The notes under the pieces: model-generated | Database searches by the model: none | Seen by the model: only the letters and a program-made list of their open reading frames with translations | Told to the model about the DNA's origin: nothing | In this document: piece by piece, positions 8,507-16,634 of the stretch | Position numbering within the stretch: the stretch's first letter is position 1 | Layout of the letters: each line of letters opens with the position of its first letter | Made by a program: the position numbers and the translations under genes | Assembly (NCBI GenBank): GCA_965222265.1 | Contig: CBDCTP010000003.1 | Coordinates: 1,222,280 to 1,286,279 of the forward strand | Length of the DNA stretch: 64,000 nucleotides | Origin: Vicinamibacterales bacterium | Lineage (GTDB): Bacteria; Acidobacteriota; Vicinamibacteria; Vicinamibacterales; UBA8438 | Direction: 5' to 3'

Positions 8507-11500
8507 CGGATGCACCTGCCGACCGCGCCGCGCGCGAGTTCGCCACGGACCCGGCCCACAACGTGGTCCTGGAGGCCTCGGCCGGCACCGGCAAGACGTC
8601 CGTGCTGGTCGAGCGCTATCTCCGGCTGTTGCGGGGCGGGGTCGCCCCGGCCAACATCCTGGCGATCACGTTCACCCGGCAGGCGGCGGCCGAGATGCGC
8701 GCCCGGATCATCGGCGCGCTGCGCCGCGATGCCGCCGAGTCGCCGGCGGGCCGCGTGCGCTGGAGCGCGCTGCGCGACCGGCTGGGAGAGGTCACCGTCA
8801 GCACCGTCGATGCCTTCTGCCTGGCGTTGCTCAGGGAGTTTCCGCTGGAGGCGGACCTCGACCCCGGCTTCGGGATCGCGGACGAGACCGAGATCCCGCG
8901 CCTCGCCGACGAGGCCGTCGACCGTACCCTGGTCGTCGCCGCCCGGCTGGCCGGGCAGGACGCGGCCGTCGCCATGCTCCTCGCCCGACTGGGGCCGCGG
9001 CGCACCCGCGCCGCGCTGCGCGGCCTGCTCGAGCGCCGGCTCGTCGTGCCGGGCGCCCTGCAGCGATTCCTCGCCGGAACGCCGTCCGACCTCACGGGCG
9101 AGGGTGCCTGCCGGGCCGCGGTGGGCCGGCTCGCCGACCGCCTGTACGGCCTGCGCCGCGAAGTCGAGCTGCTGGTCGAGGCCGGCGGCGCCGAGGATCC
9201 CCGCGCGGCGGTCCTGGCCCGGGACCTGCGCCGGCTGTCGGACCTGACCCGGGCCGACGCGCCGGCGATCCGGGCCTGGCTCGAGCGTCTGCGGGACGCC
9301 TTCCTGACCCGGCAGGGCGACCCGCGCAAGTCCTTCCCGCTGGACACGCGCGCCACCGCCGTGAAGCGCCGCTACCGGCAGGCCGCCGCGGCCCTGGCCC
9401 CGGCCGTGCGCGACGTGCTGCGGACCTTCGAGCGGGACGTCAACGTCGTGCTCGCCCGCGCCGTGCGCGTGCTGTTCGGCGTGGTCGTGACGGAGTACCA
9501 GCGCGCGCTGCGGTCGCGCGCCCTGCTCGACTTCTCCGACGTGCTGCAGCGGGCGGTCGATCTCCTGCGGCAGATGGACGAGTTCGCCCAGTCGCGGTAC
9601 CGCCTCGAGTCGCGCTACCACCATGTCCTGGTCGACGAGTTCCAGGATACGAGCCGCAACCAGTGGGAGCTGGTGTCGCTGCTGGTCCAGTCCTGGGGCG
9701 AGGGCAGCGGTCTCGTGGCGGATGCGCCCCTCCCGCCGACCATCTTCGTCGTGGGCGACCACAAGCAGTCGATCTACCGCTTCCGGGATGCCGACGTCGC
9801 GACGTTCCGCGAGGCGACGGAAGAGATAGCCGGTCTGCGCGCCGGCGGCGACGTGCGCCGCTCCATCAGCCACAGCTTCCGCGCGGTGCCGGGCCTGCTC
9901 GGGTTCGTCAACGATCTGTTCGCCGAGATCGGCGGCGGCGGGCCCGGCCGCGATCGATTCCGGTTCGAGGTTCGGGACCGCTTTCCCGCCGAGCAGCTCA
10001 CGCGGGACGAGGCCGCGGGCGACGCGCTCGGCGTCGTCGCCGCGCAGGACCTCGAGATGTGCGCCGACGCGGTCGCCGCCGAGATCGCGGAGCTGCTCGG
10101 CGACGGCCAGGTGCGGGAGAAGGGAGGCGCCGGTAGCCGCGCCGTCAGGCCGCAGGACGTGGCCATTCTGTTCCGCACGCGCGAGAGCCACCGGGAGTTC
10201 GAGGGCGCGCTCGGGCGCCGGGGGATCGCGACGCACGTCTACAAGGGGATGGGCTTCTTCGACGCCGACGAGATCAAGGACGTGCGCGCGCTCGTCAGGT
10301 TTCTCGCGAATCCGTCGTCGGAGCTCCGCGCGGCTGCGCTGCTGCGCTCGCGCCTCGTGGGCGTCTCGGACCCCGGACTGCTGGCGCTCGCGGGCGAGCT
10401 GTCACCGGCCCTCGTCGGTCCCGATCTCCCCAGCGGGGCCACTTCCCTGGGAGACGAGGATCGGCGCGCGCTCGCGCTGGCCCGCCGCGGTGTGCGCGAG
10501 TGGACCGGGCTCGTCGATCGGCTCCCGCCCGCCGCGGTGCTCGATCGCGTGCTGTCCGATGCGGCCTACGCCTTCGAGCTGCGCGGCCCGCAGGCCGCGC
10601 AGGCGCAGGCGAACCTGAGCAAGATGCGCGCCCTCGTGCGGCGGATTCAGAACCGCGGGTACGCGACCATGACGCGCGTCGCGAATCAGATCGATCGGCT
10701 CTCGGCCGGCATGGCCAACGCGGTCGTCGAGGCGGTCGACGCCGTCGCGTTGATGACCGTGCACGCGGCCAAGGGGCTCGAGTTTCCGATCGTGTTCCTG
10801 GTCGACCTCGGCCGCGGCACCCGCACCCATCAGCCGCCGGTGCGCGTGGTTGCGGACCGCGGCGACGGGCAGCCCGCGGTGGCGGTCTGGCCGTATCGGG
10901 ACGAGGCCGCCGAGGCGGAGCGCGAGCGCGACGTCGAGGAGACCAAACGGCTGCTCTACGTCGCGGCGACGCGGCCCCGCGACCGCCTGTACCTGTCCAT
11001 GGTCGTGGAGGACGGCGTTCCGAAATGCAGCCAGGGCAGCTTCGGCAGCGTGCTGCCGGCGTCCTTCCTTGCGCTGTTCGGCCAGGCCGCCGCGACGGCC
11101 GCCGGCCAGCGCGTGGCGTGGCCGGGCCCGGGCGGGGTACGGCACAGCCTGCGGGTGTGCGGGTCGGCGTCCGCGGCACAGCGCCACCCGGACGTGGAGC
11201 CGGCGGGCAGGGACGGGCCACCGCCGGTCCTGCTCGCGCCGCTGGATGCGCGGCCGCTGATCGAGCGGCTGCCCGTGACCGGGTCGGCGTCGATCGGCAC
11301 CGGCGGCGAGCAGGGCGAGGAGGCGCCGGAAGGCCGGTGGATCGGCCGGCTCTTCCACCGTCTGCTGCGACGCTACGAGGGCGCCCCGGTGGCGCCGGAG
11401 GCGCTCGAGCGCGCGAGCCGCGACCTGCTCGTCTCGATCGAGGCCGCCGCGGGGGCGGCGGAGGAGATCGCGCTCGCGGCAACGCGCCTCTACGCGCGAT

Positions 11501-11787
11501 TCGCCGCCAGCGGGGAGAGCGCCGCGCTCCTCGGCCGTGAGCGGCTCTGGGAGGTGCCGTTCGCGCTGCCCGCTGCGGCGGCGCCGCCGCCCGGCGGCGG
11601 GCCGGCGGTCGTCCTGCGCGGCACGATCGACTGCCTCGCGCGCGACGCGGACGGCCGGATCACCGTGCTGGAATTCAAGACGGGACGCCCGCGCGCCGCG
11701 CACGCGCGGCAGCTCGACGCCTACGTCGCCGCGGCGCGGGCCATGTTCCCGGAGGCCGCGGTCGACGGCCGGCTCGTCTACGCCTGA
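8503..11787 (+). CDS. addA: AddA-type ATP-dependent helicase/nuclease (UvrD/Rep superfamily 1)
   Basis: MTDAPADRAA..VLEASAGTGKTSVLVERY (Walker A), VDEFQDTS, VGDHKQSIYRFRDA, LMTVHAAKGLEFP and the C-terminal RecB-type nuclease GTIDCL..VLEFKTG..QLDAYV. Confidence 0.9.
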   Translation: MTDAPADRAAREFATDPAHNVVLEASAGTGKTSVLVERYLRLLRGGVAPANILAITFTRQAAAEMRARIIGALRRDAAESPAGRVRWSALRDRLGEVTVSTVDAFCLALLREFPLEADLDPGFGIADETEIPRLADEAVDRTLVVAARLAGQDAAVAMLLARLGPRRTRAALRGLLERRLVVPGALQRFLAGTPSDLTGEGACRAAVGRLADRLYGLRREVELLVEAGGAEDPRAAVLARDLRRLSDLTRADAPAIRAWLERLRDAFLTRQGDPRKSFPLDTRATAVKRRYRQAAAALAPAVRDVLRTFERDVNVVLARAVRVLFGVVVTEYQRALRSRALLDFSDVLQRAVDLLRQMDEFAQSRYRLESRYHHVLVDEFQDTSRNQWELVSLLVQSWGEGSGLVADAPLPPTIFVVGDHKQSIYRFRDADVATFREATEEIAGLRAGGDVRRSISHSFRAVPGLLGFVNDLFAEIGGGGPGRDRFRFEVRDRFPAEQLTRDEAAGDALGVVAAQDLEMCADAVAAEIAELLGDGQVREKGGAGSRAVRPQDVAILFRTRESHREFEGALGRRGIATHVYKGMGFFDADEIKDVRALVRFLANPSSELRAAALLRSRLVGVSDPGLLALAGELSPALVGPDLPSGATSLGDEDRRALALARRGVREWTGLVDRLPPAAVLDRVLSDAAYAFELRGPQAAQAQANLSKMRALVRRIQNRGYATMTRVANQIDRLSAGMANAVVEAVDAVALMTVHAAKGLEFPIVFLVDLGRGTRTHQPPVRVVADRGDGQPAVAVWPYRDEAAEAERERDVEETKRLLYVAATRPRDRLYLSMVVEDGVPKCSQGSFGSVLPASFLALFGQAAATAAGQRVAWPGPGGVRHSLRVCGSASAAQRHPDVEPAGRDGPPPVLLAPLDARPLIERLPVTGSASIGTGGEQGEEAPEGRWIGRLFHRLLRRYEGAPVAPEALERASRDLLVSIEAAAGAAEEIALAATRLYARFAASGESAALLGRERLWEVPFALPAAAAPPPGGGPAVVLRGTIDCLARDADGRITVLEFKTGRPRAAHARQLDAYVAAARAMFPEAAVDGRLVYA

Positions 11788-11990
11788 CGGCGCAGCAGGC
11801 GGGGGTCGTCGTCGAGGCGCTCCGCCCAGCGCCGGGCGTTCGCCTCGGCTTCTTCCTGCGTCTGGCCGACGAGGATCGCCGAGCCGGCGGGTTGCGTGTC
11901 GTCGCCGGCGGTCAGCCAGGCCACCCAGTGGCCTCCGCTCGGCTGGCTGTGCACCTCGTACGGCGCGTCGGATGTGCTCATCTGTTCCAT
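11778..11990 (-). CDS. Small hypothetical protein (paralog of 5016-5219)
   Basis: 70 aa. YEVHSQPSGGHWVAWL..GQTQEEAEANARRWAERL. The 3' end overlaps the addA stop by 10 nt, and the start codon abuts a repeat copy. Confidence 0.5.
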   Translation of the reverse strand: MEQMSTSDAPYEVHSQPSGGHWVAWLTAGDDTQPAGSAILVGQTQEEAEANARRWAERLDDDPRLLRRQA

Positions 11991-12079
11991 GAGACGGGGC
12001 TACGCCCCGAACCCCCGGCGTCCGCTTGCGGGACCCCTGCGCCCCGCGCCGCTCCCGCCGAGGCGCGCTGCGCGCCTGC
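11991..12079 (-). repeat. Three-hairpin repeat, copy 2 (inverted orientation)
   Basis: The reverse complement reads ..GGCGCGCAGCGCGCCTCGGCGGGAGCGGCGCGGGGCGCAGGGGTCCCGCAAGCGGACGCCGGGGGTTCGGGGCGTAGCCCCGTCTC, followed directly by the ATG of 11778-11990. Confidence 0.85.
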
Positions 12080-12182
12080 GGACATCCTATATCAGCGCGT
12101 GCGTGCGGCGCCACGTCCGGCGCTCCGCCGCCCGTTTCCCGCCGCCTTGACAACCACCAGGGCTGACCCTATCGTAGCTTCC

Positions 12183-12614
12183 ATGTCTCTCCGGCGCGCG
12201 ATCCTCGAGCGCGAACGGCGCGATGTCCGCGATTGGCTCGCGGACGAGATCGTGGTCGATTTCCCGTCGATCAACGGCGTCGTGGACCGCATGTTCCGGG
12301 CGTTCTGCGGTGGGGATGAAGACTGCCGATCCACCCACAGGGCCGAGGTCGAGCTGACGCCGAAGGAAGCCGGCGAGGGAATTCGCGTGCCTCTCGACCT
12401 GCCCGTGCGACTGACGTGTCCGGTGTGCGGGGGGCGGGGCGAGGTGTGGAGCGAAGCCTGCGGCATCTGCGCCGGCACGGGCGGCGAGCTGCTCTCCCAC
12501 CAGCTCGACCTGCGCGTGCCTCCCGGCGTGCACCACGGGACGCGCCTGCGCTATTGCGTGAACCCGCCGTTCGCTCCCGAGACGCACGTCGAGGTGCGCA
12601 TCGCAATTCCGTGA
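12183..12614 (+). CDS. DnaJ-like zinc-finger / C-terminal-domain protein without a J domain
   Basis: CPVCGGRGEVWSEACGICAGTGG contains two CxxCxGxG repeats flanked by beta-rich DnaJ-CTD-like sequence. There is no HPD/J domain. The stop overlaps the apbC start (GTGA). Confidence 0.65.
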   Translation: MSLRRAILERERRDVRDWLADEIVVDFPSINGVVDRMFRAFCGGDEDCRSTHRAEVELTPKEAGEGIRVPLDLPVRLTCPVCGGRGEVWSEACGICAGTGGELLSHQLDLRVPPGVHHGTRLRYCVNPPFAPETHVEVRIAIP

Positions 12615-13702
12615 CGGAGCCCGTGCCTGCAATCACCGAATCGGCCGTTCTGGACGCCTTGAAGGTCGTGACCGATCCCGATCTGGGTCGCGACATCGTC
12701 AGCCTCGGTTTCATCAAGAACCTGGGGATTGCCGAGGGGGCGGTCTCGTTCGCCATCGAGCTGACGACGCCCGCCTGCCCGGTCAAGGATCAGATGCAGG
12801 ATCAGGCCCGGGCCGCCGTGGCGGCGCTCGACGGGGTGACCGACGTCGACGTGCAGATGACCGCCAGCGTCCGCTCGGCCGTATCGCCCGGCGCCGAGCG
12901 CGCGCCGATTCCGGGCATCAGGAACGTAATCGCCGTCGGCGCCGGCAAGGGCGGCGTCGGCAAGACGACCGTCGCGGTCAACGTCGCCGTGGCGCTGGCC
13001 CGCTACGGGGGACGGGTCGGCATGATCGACGGCGACGTGTACGGCCCGAACCTCCCGATCATGCTCGGCATCGACGCGCAGCTCTCGTCGGAGGGGCGCA
13101 AGATCGTGCCGGCCGAGAAGCACGGGCTGCGCGTCGTGTCGATGGGATTCCTCGCCGACGGGAACGCCCCGATCATCTGGCGGGGCCCGATGCTGCACGG
13201 CGTGGTGCGGCAGTTCTTTCAGGACGTGCGCTGGGGGGAGCTCGACTACCTGGTCGTCGACATGCCGCCCGGGACCGGCGACGTGGCCCTGAGCCTGACG
13301 CAGACCGTGCCGGTGTCGGGTGCGATCGTGGTGACCACGCCGCAGGTGGTCTCGCTGGCCGACAGCCGGCGGGCGGTCGGGATGTACAGGAAGCTCGGTG
13401 TCCCCACCCTCGGCCTGATCGAGAACATGTCGTACTTCGCGTGTCCCGGCTGCGGTCACGAGAGCGACATCTTCGGACGGGGCGGCGGCAAGGCGGTCGC
13501 CGAGGAGCTCGGCCTGCCGTTCCTGGGACAGATCCCGCTCTACGAGCCGATCCGGATCGGCAGCGACCGCGGCACGCCGATCGTCACGGCGGAGCCCGAC
13601 TCCCCGGCCGCGCGCGCCTTCGTGCACGTGGCGGAGCGCGCCGCGGCGCAGGTGTCGATCGCCAGCTACGAGAGCGCCGCGCCCGCCGCCTCCCCCAGTT
13701 GA
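12611..13702 (+). CDS. apbC: Mrp/ApbC/NBP35-family Fe-S cluster carrier ATPase
   Basis: N-terminal DUF59-like region (VLDALKVVTDPDLGRDIVSLGFI), the deviant Walker A VGAGKGGVGKTTVA, and the CPGCGHES motif. Confidence 0.9.
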   Translation: MTEPVPAITESAVLDALKVVTDPDLGRDIVSLGFIKNLGIAEGAVSFAIELTTPACPVKDQMQDQARAAVAALDGVTDVDVQMTASVRSAVSPGAERAPIPGIRNVIAVGAGKGGVGKTTVAVNVAVALARYGGRVGMIDGDVYGPNLPIMLGIDAQLSSEGRKIVPAEKHGLRVVSMGFLADGNAPIIWRGPMLHGVVRQFFQDVRWGELDYLVVDMPPGTGDVALSLTQTVPVSGAIVVTTPQVVSLADSRRAVGMYRKLGVPTLGLIENMSYFACPGCGHESDIFGRGGGKAVAEELGLPFLGQIPLYEPIRIGSDRGTPIVTAEPDSPAARAFVHVAERAAAQVSIASYESAAPAASPS

Positions 13703-13708
13703 CCCCCA

Positions 13709-13805
13709 AGGCGCGCACAGCGCGCCTCGGCGGGAGCGGCGCGGGGCGCAGGGGTCCCCGCCAGCGGACGCCGAGGGTTCGGGGCAGAGCCCCGTCTGAT
13801 TGAAG
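13709..13805 (+). repeat. Three-hairpin repeat, copy 3 (first of a tandem pair)
   Basis: AGGCGCGCACAGCGCGCCTCGGCGGGAGCGGCGCGGGGCGCAGGGGTCCCCGCCAGCGGACGCCGAGGGTTCGGGGCAGAGCCCCGTCTGATTGAAGC. Confidence 0.9.
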
Positions 13806-13899
13806 CTGCGCACAGCGCGCCTCGGCGGGAGCGGCGCGGGGCGCAGGGGTCCCCGCCAGCGGACGCCGGGGGTGCGGGGCAGAGCCCCGTCTGATTGAG
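13806..13899 (+). repeat. Three-hairpin repeat, copy 4 (second of a tandem pair)
   Basis: TGCGCACAGCGCGCCTCGGCGGGAGCGGCGCGGGGCGCAGGGGTCCCCGCCAGCGGACGCCGGGGGTGCGGGGCAGAGCCCCGTCTGATTGAGC. It follows copy 3 head-to-tail with no spacer. Confidence 0.9.
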
Positions 13900-13900
13900 C

Positions 13901-14734
13901 TCAGCGCCGCTCCGCTTCCCCCGTCATCGGCACGAAGCGCACCGGCAGCGTGGTCTCGACGACCGGCCCGTCCTCGGTCATCGTGACGACCCGCATCTCC
14001 TGCGCGAAGCGCCCCACGGGAATGACCAGCCGCGCGCCGACCGCGAGCTGCTCGACCAGCGCGGGCGGCACGTGGTCGGGCGCCGCCGTGACGATGATGC
14101 CGTCGAACGGCGCGGCCTCCGGCCACCCGCGGTATCCGTCGCCCAGCCGCAGGTGCACGTTGTCGTAGCCCAGCTCGGCCAGCAGCCGCCCCGAGCGCTC
14201 GGCCAGTTCGGGCACGATCTCGATGCTGTAAACCTCCCGGGCGATCTCCGCCAGCACCGCGGCCTGGTAGCCGGACCCGGTCCCGATCTCGAGCACGGTC
14301 GCGTCGGGCGGCAACTCGAGCGCCTCGGTCATGTAGGCGACGATGTACGGCTGCGAGATCGTCTGCGAGGATCCGATCGGCAGCGGCGTATCGGCGTACG
14401 CCTGATTCTGGAGCTGCGGCGGAACGAAGCGGTGGCGCTGCACCGCGGCCAGGGCGTCGAGCACGCGCGGATCCCGTACCCCGCGTCCGCGGATCTGGCG
14501 GTCCACCATGTGTCGCCGCTCGGCCGCCCGCGCGGTGTCCTGCGCCGCCGCCACCGTGCCGCGGCGCAGGCGCTCGGCCGCGCGATCGCCGGCGCAGGCG
14601 GCGAGCAGGCACAGGGCCGTCAGCGCCGAGAGCAGCGCGCGGACCGCCCGGTGTCGCCCGGGTCTCCCCCGGTCGGCGTCCCGCCGCCTGCGCCCGGCGC
14701 TGCATCCCGCACGGCGAGTGCGCTGGATCCACAT
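13901..14734 (-). CDS. pcm: Protein-L-isoaspartate O-methyltransferase with an N-terminal signal/lipoprotein-like extension
   Basis: QTISQPYIVAYM, VLEIGTGSGYQAAVLA (SAM motif I) and IIVTAA. The N-terminus has LLSALTALCLLAACAG. The exact start is uncertain. Confidence 0.85.
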   Translation of the reverse strand: MWIQRTRRAGCSAGRRRRDADRGRPGRHRAVRALLSALTALCLLAACAGDRAAERLRRGTVAAAQDTARAAERRHMVDRQIRGRGVRDPRVLDALAAVQRHRFVPPQLQNQAYADTPLPIGSSQTISQPYIVAYMTEALELPPDATVLEIGTGSGYQAAVLAEIAREVYSIEIVPELAERSGRLLAELGYDNVHLRLGDGYRGWPEAAPFDGIIVTAAPDHVPPALVEQLAVGARLVIPVGRFAQEMRVVTMTEDGPVVETTLPVRFVPMTGEAERR

Positions 14735-14784
14735 GACTTGCCTCCTGTTATGCTGGTGCTGTTTCCGGGGGTTCCGCCCAAGCG

Positions 14785-15498
14785 ATGTTCTTCCTGCTCG
14801 TCGCCGCCGGCCTCGGTCTGCTGTCGCTGGCGCATGTCGCGCCCTTCCCGTTCATGCTGGACGCCGCCGCCCCCGCCGACGCGCTGTGGAGCATGCCGCC
14901 GAATCCCGCTGCGCCGACGGTCTATCTTACGTTCGATGACGGCCCGAACCCGACCGCGACGCCGGATCTGCTCGACGTGCTGAGCCGGGAGCAGGCGGCG
15001 GCCACATTCTTCGTGATCGATCGCCACCTGAACCGGGAAACGGCGTCCATCGTCCGCCGGATGTTCGACGAGGGCCACGCGGTTGGTCTGCACACGCACA
15101 CCCGGCGGCCGATGGTGATGCCGCCCGACGAGGTGGCGCGGATGCTGACCGCGGCCGCGGAGCGCATCGAGCGCCTGGCCGGCCGGCGCCCGTGCCGCGC
15201 GTTCCGGCCCCACGGCGGCGCGCGCAGCGGGAGCATGTACGAAGGGCTGGCGCGGATCGATCACGCGCTCGTCGGGTGGGGCTGGGGACTGTGGGACTTC
15301 AACTGGTACCGCCGCCCGGACGCGACGGCGCTGGCCGAGCGACTGGCCGGGCGGGTCTCCGACGGCGACATCATCGTGATGCACGACGGCCACCACGAGA
15401 ATCCGCAGGCCGACCGCCGCTACGCCGTCGAGGCCGCTGCGCTGCTGGTGCCGGCGCTGCGCGCGCGCGGCTTCCGGTTCGGGACCATCTGCCCGTGA
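14785..15498 (+). CDS. Polysaccharide deacetylase (NodB homology domain)
   Basis: An N-terminal TM helix, then YLTFDDGPNP (NodB motif 1), HTHTR, and later RPHGG. Confidence 0.8.
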   Translation: MFFLLVAAGLGLLSLAHVAPFPFMLDAAAPADALWSMPPNPAAPTVYLTFDDGPNPTATPDLLDVLSREQAAATFFVIDRHLNRETASIVRRMFDEGHAVGLHTHTRRPMVMPPDEVARMLTAAAERIERLAGRRPCRAFRPHGGARSGSMYEGLARIDHALVGWGWGLWDFNWYRRPDATALAERLAGRVSDGDIIVMHDGHHENPQADRRYAVEAAALLVPALRARGFRFGTICP

Positions 15499-15564
15499 GC
15501 GGCGCGCGCGCGTTGGCCGCGTGTCCCAGCCGGGCGAGCGCCGCCAGCAGTCCGCGCATCGGGG

Positions 15565-16554
15565 TCAGGCGGGAGCTTCCCGCGAGAGCCGCTGCGCGGC
15601 CATCGCGGCCCCCAGCAGCGCGCCGTGCGGCTCGAGGATGACCGCAATCGGCATGGCGTCGACCAGTGCCCCCATCGGAGCCTTCGAGCGGAACGCGTCG
15701 AGAAAGGTCGGCGCCCGCAGCGCGGGGAGAATCTTCGGCGGAATGCCGCCGCCGAGGTACACGCCCGCCGTCGCGACCGAGCGCAGTCCGAGATTGCCCG
15801 CCTCCGCGCCGAGCGCACCGACGAACAGATCGAGCGTTTCCGCGCAGCCTGCGCAGCGCCGCTCGAGTCCGGTACGGGAGATCAGCGCCGGCCGGTCCGC
15901 CGCCGGCGTGTCCGGGGGCACGGCGCCGCAGCCGGCGTCGCCGTGCACGAAGCGGTGGATGTTGGCGAGCCCGGGGCCCGAGACGACATGCTCGTACGAT
16001 GCGCGCCCGAAGCGTGCGGTCAGCGCCCGCGCCAGCTCGGCTTCGCGGCCGGTCCGGGCGGCGAAATCCGCGTGGCCGGCTTCGGACGCCGCCGGCACGA
16101 AACGGCCCCCGACCTTGTGCAGCAGCGCCTCGCCGAGGCCCGTCCCGGGCGCGATGAGCGCGGCGTTGCCGTCGGCTTCCGGATCGCCCGGCCGGATGAC
16201 CGCCAGCTGGTCGCCCGCCAGGGTCGGCACCGCGTGCGCGAGCGCGGCCAGGTCGTTCAGCAGGGAGACGCGCGGGATCGCGAGCTCGGCGCCGACGCGT
16301 CCGGCGTCGACGCGCCACGGGACGTTCGTCAGTTGGCAGACCTGGCCGCGCACAGGGCCGGCGACGCCGAAGCAGGCCGCCTCGAGCGATCCGTTCCAGC
16401 CGACGCTGCCCAGGAACGCCGTGACGAGCTCGGCCAGCCCGCCGAACTCGAGCGTCGCGAAGCGCTGCACGGCCTGCGGCCGCGGCGCCGGCAGCCCGCC
16501 GGCATAGAGCCCGAGCAGCGTCTTCGTTCCCCCGACGTCGCCGGCCAGCAGCAT
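15565..16554 (-). CDS. glk: Glucokinase
   Basis: MLLAGDVGGTKT (the ROK/Glk phosphate-1 motif), NDLAALA and GGGI. The start is the internal ATG. Confidence 0.85.
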   Translation of the reverse strand: MLLAGDVGGTKTLLGLYAGGLPAPRPQAVQRFATLEFGGLAELVTAFLGSVGWNGSLEAACFGVAGPVRGQVCQLTNVPWRVDAGRVGAELAIPRVSLLNDLAALAHAVPTLAGDQLAVIRPGDPEADGNAALIAPGTGLGEALLHKVGGRFVPAASEAGHADFAARTGREAELARALTARFGRASYEHVVSGPGLANIHRFVHGDAGCGAVPPDTPAADRPALISRTGLERRCAGCAETLDLFVGALGAEAGNLGLRSVATAGVYLGGGIPPKILPALRAPTFLDAFRSKAPMGALVDAMPIAVILEPHGALLGAAMAAQRLSREAPA

Positions 16555-16634
16555 CTTCGTCCGTGCGCGGCAGCTTGACTTTATTATCATTCTCATTCAT
16601 CTTTCCAGCGCGCGACGGGGCGCAATCTCGCGAC

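Noticed and set aside
5377-11787. A 2136-aa ORF spanning both addB and addA
   Set aside because: Only the part from 8503 onward has helicase/nuclease motifs. The upstream 3 kb is an out-of-frame shadow of addB, a low-complexity Arg/Ala/Gly/Pro-rich translation typical of high-GC DNA.
13709-13899. Tandem repeat as a possible CRISPR array
   Set aside because: There are only two units, each ~95 nt and directly abutting with no spacer. The same unit is dispersed singly elsewhere in both orientations, and there are no cas genes in the window.
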